Assembly: GCA_964016885.1 (NCBI GenBank)
Contig: OZ024742.1
Location: forward strand, 220,844,001-220,908,000
DNA: 64,000 bases
Direction of reading: 5' to 3'
Source of the DNA: Eledone cirrhosa
Lineage: Eukaryota
Positions 1 to 12,400 of this stretch are shown piece by piece. The notes below the pieces were generated by a model. It did no database searches. It had not been told where the DNA came from and saw only the letters and a list, made by a program, of their open reading frames with translations. Numbering within the stretch: position 1 is the first letter of the stretch; each line of letters begins with the position of its first letter. A program made the position numbers and the translations under genes.

Positions 1-346
1 CGCGCGTGTGTGTGTATAAGCAAGTATTGCACCAAGAAAATATAACCGCCGGCGTGAAGGAGATTAAGAATGTATTTGCTTTAACATCTGTTTCTATATA
101 TATATTTATATATATATGTTGTTATACTTGGGGAGGGTCATATTTGCGTAATATTGCCAGAATTAATAACAGAACACACTCACTGTTTGGTTGGTTTTCA
201 CTTCTCGCTGTCTTTTATTATATCTGCGATCTAACTTACTCGGTCCTCAATGTTGCCATTGACTGACCGGCGGTCAAAAATAATACAGATACAATATAGA
301 CACAAACACATATATATATATATAGTTTACATAATTTACATAAATC

Positions 347-374
347 TTTCGTTGCACATCTGCAACATCGTCAG
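347..374 (-). ncRNA. Hammerhead ribozyme-like core (partial) in Penelope pLTR
   Basis: CUGACGA-U-GUUGCA-GAUG-UGCAAC-GAAA: both conserved boxes and a perfect 6-bp stem II. Stems I and III are not evident. Confidence 0.5.
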
Positions 375-655
375 TGGTGTTATATTCATTGTTCCTCCTG
401 TTGTGTTGTATGTCTACGCCATTTTTTATTCAGTCTGTCTATATATTTATTTATTTATTTGCTTGTTTGTTTATCTTATTTTATTTTGTCTTCTTTGCGC
501 ATGCGTTTGCGTGTGTGTATAGTGTTATGTGTGATGTGTGACTAGTGTGTATAGTGTTGTGTCTGCTGGGTGACTAGTGTGTGTTTATGTGCTTGTTGTT
601 ATTGTGCTTGTGTATGTATTTATTTATCTTATTTAATTTAATTTTATTTACTTAT

Positions 656-1803
656 TTATACTTCTCTTAGGTCAGTGTTGTTTGTTTGGGTGTTGTTGTT
701 GTTCCACTCATTCTTTCTGTTTAGCTTTGGTCTTCTAATTTCTATTTCACTGGCCTCTCTGATTTGCCTATCTGCTGGGTCATTCCTATGTTTAGATATT
801 ATTCTAATTTCTATGTTGTCTATGTTACCGTCATGTTGTTGTCTAGCATGTTCGTATAGTACTGACCCGTTTTTTCGTCCTTTTAGTTCCCCCCAGTGTT
901 GGTCTATCCTTTCACCTATGCTACGAGATGTCTCACCTATGTATGTTGTTGTCATGTTTCTGCAAGTACCCTCTGTACATCTTATGCTATAGACTACGTT
1001 TCTAGTTTTACAGTTTATCCGGGGGTTCACCTTACATATGATACACTTCCTATTGGTACAGTGGGTTTTCTTAAAAGGGTAGGTTTTGCTGATCAGGGAT
1101 TTTATGGTGGTTCCTGGCTTTTCTACCACCTTTATTTTTAAGTGGGTCTTTCTCAGGGTCTTTCTACACTGGTTAGCTAATTTCCCTCCAGGGGTGGCGT
1201 CCACAAACATGACACTCTGATATCTCTGGTTGTCGTACCATGATGTGGCCTTCCCTATCTTATGTCTAGCCCTATCTAAGCTATTCCATGATTTGCTCCT
1301 GTATAGTGGGCAGATTCCTTTCATGTCCAGTTCTATGAGGGTCTTATACTTTTCCATGGCTCCTTCGTATACTCTGACTCTGTCTCTTTGGTTGTAGCCA
1401 GAGAACTGCATGCGGTTGATGAAGTGTTGGATGTGTCCTTCCATTTCTGTTGGGTCGCACATGCTGGACACATTCTTCATCACTCGTACCAAATCTGCGA
1501 TCAGAATATTAAACTTAGCACTACTGGACATTGCTGAGTTTTTGAGTATCAGGTATTTGGAGGCCATGGGTTTAGCATAGTGTGAGTGGAGAATTTGGGC
1601 TCTCTCGTCTATAGTGTTAATCCAGAGTTCTGTGTCTAATACAGGTAGTCTATTGTTAGGGTGTTTGGAAGGGAAGTCTATAGTTACAGTTATACTCTGG
1701 TGTATGGAATTAGCTATCTGCTGGATGCTTTCCATCGTGCTACGTTCTAAATCAAACTTGTTAGTGCTCTCTAGTGGGGGTGTTCTTATAACTATATTGA
1801 TAT
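656..1803 (-). CDS. Penelope RT C-terminus + GIY-YIG endonuclease (partial)
   Basis: Open frame with CxxxxCxxC linker and GIY-YIG motifs. The first ~20 codons of the ORF-track call come from the inverted arm, so its Met is not a real start. Confidence 0.85.
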
Positions 1804-2247
1804 CATAGACAACATAGAAATTAGAATAATATCTAAACATAGGAATGACCCAGCAGATAGGCAAATCAGAGAGGCCAGTGAAATAGAAATTAGAAGACCA
1901 AAGCTAAACAGAAAGAATGAGTGGAACAACACCCAAACAAACAACACTGACCTAAGAGAAGTATAAATAAGTAAATAAAATTAAATAAAATAAGATAAAT
2001 AAATACATACACAAGCACAATAACAACAAGCACATAAACACACACTAGTCACCCAGCAGACACAACACTATACACACTAGTCACACATCACACATAACAC
2101 TATACACACACGCAAACGCATGCGCAAAGAAGACAAAATAAAATAAGATAAACAAACAAGCAAATAAATAAATAAATATATAGACAGACTGAATAAAAAA
2201 TGGCGTAGACATACAACACAACAGGAGGAACAATGAATATAACACCA

Positions 2248-2275
2248 CTGAAGATGTTGCAGATGTGCAACGAAA
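2248..2275 (+). ncRNA. Hammerhead ribozyme-like core (partial), inverted-arm copy
   Basis: CUGAAGA-U-GUUGCA-GAUG-UGCAAC-GAAA. Differs from the other arm only at the variable N7 position. Confidence 0.5.
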
Positions 2276-2864
2276 GATTTATGTAAATTATGTAAACTAT
2301 ATATATATATATATATATGTGTTTGTGTCTATATTGTATCTGTATTATTTTTGACCGCCGGTCAGTCAATGGCAACATTGAGGACCGAGTAAGTTAGATC
2401 GCAGATATAATAAAAGACAGCGAGAAGCGAAAACCAACCAAACAGTGAGTGTGTTCTGTTATTAATTCTGGCAATATTACGCAAATATGACCCTCCCCAA
2501 GTATAACAATATCTGTTTCGACACACGATTTCATATAAAAAACCTCGCAAAACTAATTCATCGCCGCTATATATATATGTTTCTGTGTCTATTAAAATTG
2601 TCTATATATGCTGACTACAATATATATTCTTCAATCATATTCAATACTTAATTATCACACTTCATCAGAATGCCTATAATAGTGGAAGTGACTATTCACT
2701 ACGCGGTAAAATTCAGCAATGGTACTTTCGTTTAAGAAAATGTAAATAAGTTAAAATGACAAAATACAGTCAGATAGTAGAGAGAGTTAAGAGGAGAGGT
2801 AATGGGGGTAAAGAGTTTCACATTATCAATCTCTGTGCTGTGATGTGGAACAATGGTGGTGAGT

Positions 2865-4500
2865 AGGGAAAGGACACCAGAAGTCTCCACTGCCAAGGGC
2901 ACGACCGCGAACCTGTCGGAGAGCGACCGGTACTTGGATAGTTTGGCCTCCTCAGCCCGACCTGCAGCAGAACCTGGGTTAGTCGCAGACTGCACCAGGT
3001 TGCAGCTGGAGAAAGTGTCACTCCAAGTGGCATCCCAGACGAGGGCTTTGTCGCCGCGGAACGGGAAGATGGTCATGCCGTTTGGCCTTTTGCCGTCCCC
3101 TCGGTCCATCCCCACTGCCTCGAGCTAGGAAGGGAAGCCTGCAGCGTCCAAGCCATGATTTATGACCTCGTTGAGGGAAGCATGGCGTGGAAAGCGGCCG
3201 ACACTGTGGTGACAGGAAAGCGGGTGGAGGTGGAAAGAGTCCATGGTGGATCCACAGCGACATTTGTGCGGTTCGCAGATCCGGAGGCCGAGCCCCAAGG
3301 AAACGCCGATGCACAGGCTATCGTTATCCAGCTGCTTGCCAGTGGAGAAGGAGGGCAAGTCATGAAGCCAGGTACCACTGTGGGGTTTGAAGGCCGCGCG
3401 AAAACAGGCAAGGCAGTGCTGGTCGAGCTGGCGCGTGAGCCTGTTTGAGGCCAGGCTGCACTGAATGGCATCCCAAATGCTTTGACGTCAGCAGGGGAGA
3501 AGGAGGAGGGACGTCTACTGGGCTAAGTCCCAACCGGTAGCATGTCTGACATCTCCGATCTCCCTGGCTTTGCTGGCGTTTCTTTCATCGATAACCTCAT
3601 GCCGCGTCCTCGTCAGCAGGGTTCTCCAAAACACAATGGAACCCTCTGTGATCGGAACGGGTGGGGGTATGGGTCTGCGGTCAGCAGGTAACTCAGGGTG
3701 CTTGAGTCGCAGGGTAGCCAGGATCCTCTCGGTGGGTTTGAGGACAGAGTCCTCAGAGGCAACCACTCTGACTGCAGCTGAGACATCACCCATGATTAGT
3801 TTAGCGTTTACGCGGTCACACAAACGATTGGCGCTGGTCTCAGGGGTGGAGGATTGGGGACACCCGAGAGCGGGGTGTGTGGAGTCCTTCGGCACGCTTG
3901 GAATGCGCGCTTGCCCAAAGGACGAAACATTGGCCTTGACAAAGGCTGCTGTCGACAGACCGCCCCGGTCAACGCCAGAGCTGGAGAGGCAGGGAGTGAG
4001 TGGGGCGAAATAGAAGAGGCGCTCGCAGTCGCTGGCTCTATTGGAGTCCAAGGCACTCTCAATCGAGGAAGCGAGGGCATCGGCTACCGGCACCCGGGCC
4101 GCTCTCGGGATCCTGAGTGGAATCTTCCGGAGCCGCCTGAACTGAGCGATGTTGACCAGCGAGGCTAAGGCCAGACAAGCTCGCTGTCTCATCTGGTGGA
4201 GTGCCAGACGGCCGTGGCTGGGCAGACGAGTGGAAGAGACAGTTTCTGCATCTCCACGCTTCGAGGGCACTGGAGGCTTGATGCGTCAAGCCAACACAGG
4301 TGAGATGGTGGAAGCAGCTGCACCCCGAACAGTTCCGGCCCCTCTTCTATCTGTTCGTGGTGCTGCATGTGCTGCAGGTTTCGATTGGTGGGGATGGCGG
4401 ATGGGACGTGGAGTCGGGGACTAGTGCACCGAGCGGCATCAGGGGCGAGTGGCTGGTTGTCACCAGCCTGGGTGCTGGGCTCAGCTGTATGTGGGGGGAA
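2865..4500 (-). mobile_element. CRE-like (RLE-type) non-LTR retrotransposon relic with RT deleted
   Basis: N-terminal LRIPRAARVPVA...GDVSAAVRVV...LKHP, zinc knuckle CRCG...HPLSC, RHASLNEVI, and RLE motifs KRPNG...VWDAT...AEEAKLSKY...VPLAVETSG. Frameshifted, with no RT motifs between them. Confidence 0.7.
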
Positions 4501-5139
4501 GGGAACAATTATTCTTGACCATAGGTATGGGTGAATGTTTTGACGTTTACCATATATGGTCGAGTGGGTAGAGAAGGTATAAGGAGAGGGTAGAAATTAA
4601 CGTAGGGTAGAGTGGGTAAGGAGGAAAGGAATTAGGAAAATAAGATTGTTTAGAATATTATTGAATTCTTGGGTGTGAAAAGTTTAAATGCCACAGGAAA
4701 TGTACTAAATAGGATGTAGTAAAAACCTAGGTATTAGGGATCGAATCTTGTTCTAGTCCTGTTTGTATTTAGCGAAGGTTTTTAGACTGAATTTTTTAAA
4801 CGTGTAGGTGTGCACATTTGACCATACATTAGTAAATGATGTTTTTGTACAAACATTTACCCGATAACAGACAATTTCTGGGATTTCTGCAGTTGTAGTT
4901 TGTCCGTGTATAGTGTGGGGTTTCTTCTCCGGTTTCTGAGTTGGGGGTGTTATTCCGGGTATTTTGTTGTTGCTCCGGATATGCACGTGAAGTGGAAGAG
5001 ACGTTGATATTTGTGGGTACTTGTCTTCTCAGTGTTGGAGGCTGCGGATGCTGCTGAGTGTTCAGAGTATGTCAGGGTTTCCGTTGGCTGTTGGTATTGA
5101 CATACCTGCGGAGGCGTTTGTTATATATATATATATATC

Positions 5140-5435
5140 AAAGTTCCATCTCATAACAACCTTACTGCACAATTCTTCAACTGGCTCCACTCTCTTTAAC
5201 ATTACACTAAAACACATAAAAACAGAAACAGTTCCCATAAAATTCAAAATCTCTTTGGACAAATTCCTTCAAGAAATTCCGGATAACCCCCACTACACCC
5301 GAATATGTCTCCGAAAACAATAACTCTTTACTTGAGTGGGCCATGGTGTCTAAGTCATGATTTGAAAGACTTCGCCAGGTGGTGTTATTAAGTTAGACAT
5401 GTCCTGAGCCAATACTGGCCGAAACCTATCAAAGT
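5140..5435 (+). mobile_element. CR1-like LINE 3' end fragment
   Basis: LFNI...FKISLDKFLQEIPDNP followed by a frameshifted NNSLLEWA C-terminus and a short 3' UTR, between (TA)n tracts. Confidence 0.5.
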
Positions 5436-5534
<99 letters not shown>

Positions 5535-5548
5535 GTGTGTGTGTGTGT
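5436..5548. repeat. (TA)n(TG)n microsatellite
   Basis: Direct reading; one of many similar tracts in the window. Confidence 0.95.
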
Positions 5549-5899
5549 TTGAATATATATCAGTGGTGAAGGGTAACTTGGAAAGCAGGGCATGCAGTCC
5601 AATCGCCATGGTGGATAGTGTGGCTGTGAAGCCTTACCTTCCGCCACCACCACACACACACTTCACAAAATTATTCGTTATCCTCTCCTCCATTTGTAAA
5701 TGTGATATGAGCTAATTTTAATGAGAGAAAATGCACATCTACCAACAGACCATACTTGGGGCTTGTACCCCTCTCCACTAGACATGATGTATTTCCATTA
5801 GTAAAAGCTTGACGACAAGCCTGTTATGATATCGATTACGCGAGAAATATGAGTAAATAATAAAACCTTCAAATAATGAAATATTTAATATACAGATAT

Positions 5900-6360
5900 A
5901 AATCAATTCAATTTTTCGTTTCTTATTTTGGCAAATTCATCGATCACTTTGCTACAAAATGTATTAGCACCACGCTCTTCCTTTATCGTCTTCAAAAGGT
6001 CTTTATTTATGGAAATGAAAACCAAATTGCTCACTTTGAGAACACCTCATATAATTATTTACTCTCTTTAATCAAGAAAACGATCTCTCACATGAAGCAG
6101 ATGTGGCAGGTATGGTCAGAATCAGGCATAATAATTTTGTTACTTCTGACAGAGCTTGATTTAGTTCAAGTTCCCGTATTATGTATGCGACTACCTGGAT
6201 GCTTGACTCTTGCTTTGCAAAATATGTAGCATAAACTAATTTCGAAAACGCTTCCATCGGAAATTTTCTTTCGTAAGTGTGAAAAAGCTTTGGCTTCAAC
6301 AATTCCACAAATCTGAACTCTCCCATTGTTTTAAATCTTTGTTCAACGTGGACAATAACA
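5900..6360 (-). mobile_element. hAT transposase relic (C-terminal dimerisation domain)
   Basis: ALSEVTKLLCLILTIPATSASCERSFS motif, followed by a stop. Confidence 0.75.
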
Positions 6361-7419
6361 CAAATAGATTGGAGTTTACTTTTTACGTAACATTTAAAAA
6401 AATAATTTAATGTATTTAAAATTAAATTTTAAAGCATTAAATTAATAAATGGATGAACATTTTACCTTTTTAATCACGAAAATGTCGACTGTTACTTCTA
6501 TACACTTAAAGTGGGAACTAGTCAAGAAAAAAAATGGTGGGTAGTGGTCACATGGCTGAATCCGGGTCTTAAAACTATATAAGACTATATAGACATTAAC
6601 ATATGCATAGATGTAAGTAATGCTATCTAAATACATATATAAAATATTTAATATAGGATACTTTAAAATCATATATAAAATAATATATAGTTTTTCTACA
6701 TATATTTTGCATATATCTTAATTGAATATTTTTTAAAGTAAATTCTAGATTAAACGACAAATGTAACTGAACTATTTTAACTAAGAAATATTGGAGTTAT
6801 CTTTTCCTTTATAATGTAACACGTTTAAATATTTCTTCAAAGTAACAACTAAACTTTACATAAATATTAAATTTGCTGTATAATTTCGTTAACTTCGTAA
6901 ATTTTGTGAATGTATTCCTATCGTGATGGAACTATAGAATATACAAAATAATCTTCTATAATAAAATCAGAACTACTTCCTTTTTCTTAAATAAATATTG
7001 AAAATGTAAACAAGAAATTCATCGAAACCCTTAACATATATAAAAAATATTAAAATTATCTATCTATTGATAAAAACAACATATATAATCACCAAAATTA
7101 TATATATAAATATTTATCTAAATAACCTGTTGTAATATAATAAAATAAAATATAGTTACAATCTTAATTCTTCATAAAATATACTTATAAATATTATCTA
7201 TATAATATTAAAACTCACGATTAGTATAGATCCAATAATTAGTAGTATCTCTCAAATTAAAAAATATTTTAAATTGGTATTCTACCACTTCAACACATTT
7301 ATAATTCTCATATTATTTTATAGATACTGCCAAAATATATAATTATAATTAAATATAATTATTTCACTCTCTTTACACCATCACTGATATGATCCATACA
7401 ATTATATTTTAATAATTGT

Positions 7420-7590
7420 TTCTACTTTAAGCACAAGGCCAGCAATTACTCAGTGCATTACTGGTACTTTATTTTATCGACCCCGTAAGGATGAAAGGCA
7501 AAGTCAACCTCGGCGGGATTTGAACTCAGATCGTAAAGGGACGTAACTATGCTGCAAAGCATGGCGTCCGACCCTCTACCGATACTGCCA
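7420..7590 (-). mobile_element. tRNA-derived SINE with Nin/Deu-like central domain (octopus-type)
   Basis: Minus strand reads ggcagtatcggtagag...gagttcaaatcc (B box)...gcctttcatccttacggggtcgataaaataaagtacc. Confidence 0.75.
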
Positions 7591-7878
7591 AATAGTCTAT
7601 TTCTAACTATAATATATATTTTTTTCTTATATTCATTCCTTAAAATTTCTTACACCCTAATATTAATATTAACTTCTCTCTCTTCTTCCCTTAAAAAACT
7701 ATCCAAATAATTATTTAAATTTACCTAGCGTCTAAATATAACGATCTTTTTCAACTGTACGTTGGCCTCATTAACATATTAATCCAAAGATTTGAAAATT
7801 TCTTTCACTATTCAAACAGAACTTAAAACGATAAGTTCTTGTTTTTTGGATATGTCACTATTTATAAAACAACTTTTG

Positions 7879-7936
7879 TATTTTATCTGATGAGAGCGTA
7901 CCAAAATGTTGGTACCGTTGAAATATATAAAAATAA
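7879..7936 (+). ncRNA. Minimal type I hammerhead ribozyme (decayed)
   Basis: uauuuuau-CUGAUGA-gagcGUACCA-aaaugu-UGGUAC-cguu-GAAA-uauaua-aaaaua. Confidence 0.5.
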
Positions 7937-7973
7937 ATATGGTTTTATAAAGATAGTTTCCATTTATTAATAT

Positions 7974-7981
<8 letters not shown>

Positions 7982-8053
<72 letters not shown>

Positions 8054-8124
8054 GGTGTGTGTGTGTTTTAGTAAACAAGGAAACTAGTTTCCTTGTTTAC
8101 TAAAACACACACACGCACACCGAC

Positions 8125-8185
<61 letters not shown>
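7982..8185. repeat. Spacer-less palindrome centred at 8085/8086 with (TG)n/(CA)n arms
   Basis: gtgttttagtaaacaaggaaact|agtttccttgtttactaaaacac; the tcgg/ccga interruption of the microsatellite is mirrored in both arms. Confidence 0.95.
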
Positions 8186-8186
<1 letters not shown>

Positions 8187-8265
8187 ACACATACGCACAC
8201 GCAAACAGTACTTACATTTCCTACACTTTTTTTCCTTTCTTTCTGTCTGATTTTGGCCGACAGAT

Positions 8266-8320
8266 ACTAAAGAAACCACTAAAGAAACCACTAAAGAAAC
8301 CACTAAAGAAACCACTAGAG
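8266..8320 (+). repeat. 12-bp tandem repeat (actaaagaaacc) x4.5
   Basis: Direct reading. Confidence 0.9.
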
Positions 8321-9428
8321 AATGGATTTAGAAAGAGAAAATAAGACAATTAGACTCATTGATTAACACATCCCACTCACCACCAAAACATAATTGTCTC
8401 ACGCGTCGGTAGTAGAGTCTGTGTTTGCTTGATAAGAGCAGGTGACCTTTTGGTGTTATTAAATTACATACATCATTTATCCTATATTAAAGATACTCTT
8501 GCATTTAATTGTTATCTTACATGACTTTGAATCAGAGCCAAACTTTAAATTCTTCGGAAACTTAGAGTTCGGTTCCATCCTACACACTCTCCTTTCAGTA
8601 CTTAAACGGCCTTCTCGCTCTAAACTCTACTCCAGCGTATTTCTATATAGATGATTTTATTCTTCTGTCCTCTATAAGTTCACCAAGACAGGCGTCATTC
8701 ACACACAACCTATACAGCACAGACAAAAACAGGCCATGAGTATACATTGCACTAGTAATACACAAACATAACAAAAGTCGTTTGATTGATTAGCAATTTA
8801 CCAACACGCTAGAAACGCCAGCCTATCAAAGTATCGTGATCTCTTTCAAAGGTTTAACCGTAATTATCGTTTTTAACAAGACAGTTCCATTTTTATTTTA
8901 TATTTATGATTTCTTTTCTTTTTCTATTTGGTAAATAAAATCCCAAACCATAGGATGTCAGTACACACTTAATAGACTAAGTATACATCACGTGTTCAAT
9001 CTATTCTTAGTCTTAAACTACTAGTAGATTTAATCAATCCTCTGTTTTTTTTAACGATAGATTTAATCCATAACTCGTTTTATGAGTGGGCATCCATCCG
9101 CCTTTGGACGCCGTTAAGGGAATCCACTCATTGCTAATATTTCACCAGGTCTGATAACTTCCAGCCACATTACAAAGGTGTAGAGAGAAACCTATAGATG
9201 CTGCTCTACCTCCTCTGATTAAGCCATAGAATACTTCAATAGTCTGTTGTTTGGACAAGGGTTGGATTAATAAAAATTGATTGTTTATCGTCACACATCT
9301 CTAAGAGAGGATAAGCACTAATTTAGTGTAAGAGAGAAGGTTTTTCCATTAAGAATACATGAAGTTTAAAAGCAATATGGTATCATTGTGAAATATGTAT
9401 CAACGTATTCTATAATTTCTCATTTCAG

Positions 9429-12400
9429 AGGTTCAGCAAATTATCAAGGAATCCTGCACCCAAAAGAACGCCGACGCTAAAATATTTTATTTCGCTCATC
9501 CAGATAAAAAAAAATATATACAATGTTCTGAACACGGTGAATCCTGGGTCAGGCCATGTGCTAATGGTACAATTTGGTCACAGAGTAACGTGACATGTGT
9601 TCATGATTTCGTTTCGGTGAATAACAGCGTTAACAACAATATAACCCCTAACCCATGTACTAAAGCGAATATTGATGCTGGAAATTCTACTTTTAAGCAC
9701 TCTGATCCAAATCTTTACATTCAATGTGTTGCTGTTGATAAATACTGCGTCAGGCGATGTCCTAAGGGTACAATTTGGTTACAGAGCAAACAGTCATGTT
9801 TTGCTGATTCTGGTTCAGTGAGTGGAAACAATACGATTGCTGCTGATGCATGTAGTGCAGCGAATATTGCGGCTGGCAACTTTTATTTCACTTATTGTCA
9901 TCCAAAATACTTCATACAATGTTCAGAACATGGTCAATCGTGGGTCATGCCATGTGGTAAGGGTACAATTTGGTCACAGAATGCCTATACATGTGTTCAT
10001 GATTCCAATTCGGCGAATAACAACAGTACGTTTGCTAACCCATGTACTGAAGACAATATTAAGGCTGGAAAAATTTATTTCGCTTCTTGTGACCCCAAAT
10101 ATTTCATAAAATGTGATAATGGTAGCATGCTGCTCAAGCTATATGCCAAGTGCAAAATTTTGACACAGGACAACAAGACATGTGTTGATGTTAAGGAACC
10201 TAATCAGAATGCTAATCCATGTACTCAAGAGAATATTAATGCTAACAAATTTTATTTCGCTCATGTGGATAAAACAAAATATATACAATGTTCTGAACAC
10301 GGCGAATCCTGGGTCAGGTCATGTGCTAAGGGTACAATTTGGTCACAGAGTGACGTGACATGTGTTCATGATTCCAACAACAATGGATATGCTTATCCAT
10401 GTACTAAAGAGAATATTAATGCTAACAAATTTTATTTCGCTCATGAGGATAAAACAAAATATATACAATGTTCTGAACACGGTGAATCCTGGGTCAGGCC
10501 ATGTGCTAAGGGTACAATTTGGTCACAGAGTGACGTGACATGTGTTCATGATTCCGTTTCGGTGAATAACAGCGTTAACAACAATATAACCTCTAACCCA
10601 TGTACTAAAGCGAATATTGATGCTGGAAATTCTATTTTTAAGCACTCTGATCCAAATCTTTACATTCAATGTGTTGCTGTTGATAAATACTGCGTCAGGC
10701 GATGTCCTAAGGGTACAATTTGGTTACAGAGCAAACAGTCATGTTTTGCTGATTCTGGTTCAGTGAGTGGAAACAATACGATTGCTGCTGATGCATGTAG
10801 TGCAGCGAATATTGCGGCTGCCAAATTTTATTTCACTTATTGTCATCCAAAATACTTCATACAATGTTCAGAACATGGTCAATCGTGGGTCATGCCATGT
10901 GGTAAGGGTACAATTTGGTCACAGAATGCCTATACATGTGTTCATGATTCCAATTCGGCGAATAACAACAGTACGTTTGCTAACCCATGTACTGAAGACA
11001 ATATTAAGGCTGGAAAAATTTATTTCGCTTCTTGTGACCCCAAATATTTCATAAAATGTGATAATGGTAGCATGCTGCTCAAGCTATATGCCAAGTGCAA
11101 AATTTTGACACAGGACAACAAGACATGTGTTGATGTTAAGGAACCTAATCAGAATGCTAATCCATGTACTCAAGAGAATATTAATGCTAACAAATTTTAT
11201 TTCCCTCATGTGGATAAAACAAAATATATACAATGTTCTGAACACGGCGAATCCTGGGTCAGGTCATGTGCTAAGGGTACAATTTGGTCACAGAGTGACG
11301 TGACATGTGTTCATGATTCCAACAACAATGGATATGCTTATCCATGTACTAAAGAGAATATTAATGCTAACAAATTTTATTTCGCTCATGAGGATAAAAC
11401 AAAATATATACAATGTTCTGAACACGGTGAATCCTGGGTCAGGCCATGTGCTAAGGGTACAATTTGGTCACAGAGTGACGTGACATGTGTTCATGATTCC
11501 GTTTCGGTGAATAACAGCGTTAACAACAATATAACCTCTAACCCATGTACTAAAGCGAATATTGATGCTGGAAATTCTATTTTTAAGCACTCTGATCCAA
11601 ATCTTTACATTCAATGTGTTGCTGTTGATAAATACTGCGTCAGGCGATGTCCTAAGGGTACAATTTGGTTACAGAGCAAACAGTCATGTTTTGCTGATTC
11701 TGGTTCAGTGAGTGGAAACAATACGATTGCTGCTGATGCATGTAGTGCAGCGAATATTGCGGCTGCCAAATTTTATTTCACTTATTGTCATCCAAAATAC
11801 TTCATACAATGTTCAGAACATGGTCAATCGTGGGTCATGCCATGTGGTAAGGGTACAATTTGGTCACAGAATGCCTATACATGTGTTCATGATTCCAATT
11901 CGGCGAATAACAACAGTACGTTTGCTAACCCATGTACTGAAGACAATATTAAGGCTGGAAAAATTTATTTCGCTTCTTGTGACCCCAAATATTTCATAAA
12001 ATGTGATAATGGTAGCATGCTGCTCAAGCTATATGCCAAGTGCAAAATTTTGACACAGGACAACAAGACATGTGTTGATGTTAAGGAACCTAATCAGAAT
12101 GCTAATCCATGTACTCAAGAGAATATTAATGCTAACAAATTTTATTTCGCTCATGAGGATAAAACAAAATATATACAATGTTCTGAACACGGCGAATCCT
12201 GGGTCAGGTCATGTGCTAAGGGTACAATTTGGTCACAGAGTGACGTGACATGTGTTCATGATTCCAACAACAATGGATATGCTTATCCATGTACTAAAGA
12301 GAATATTAATGCTAACAAATTTTATTTCGCTCATGAGGATAAAACAAAATATATACAATGTTCTGAACACGGTGAATCCTGGGTCAGGCCATGTGCTAAG

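Larger units (their letters stand above)
119..2567 (-). mobile_element. Penelope-like retroelement, 5'-truncated, with inverted pseudo-LTR
   Basis: Minus ORF has the RT thumb region (LPVLDTELW...YAKPMAS) and a C-terminal GIY-YIG endonuclease (VVYSIRC...TYIGETSRSIGERIDQH...REASEI...LNRKNEW). 119-824 is repeated in inverted orientation at 1804-2509. Both ends abut (TA)n. Confidence 0.9.
6800..7975 (+). mobile_element. Highly decayed AT-rich Penelope-like relic
   Basis: Scattered residual peptides (NIKF, RIYKI, LYVG) and a 3' tail with a hammerhead motif. The tail is homologous to 15930-16046. Confidence 0.4.

Noticed and set aside
1804-1864. Start of the 402-aa Penelope ORF
   Set aside because: Chimeric: antisense of the inverted arm.
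5388-8344. HT/CV/YI-repeat ORFs here and elsewhere
   Set aside because: Translations of dinucleotide microsatellites.
8670-8760. TATA + gccATG as first exon of the giant gene
   Set aside because: No signal peptide and only weak donor sites; cannot be supported.
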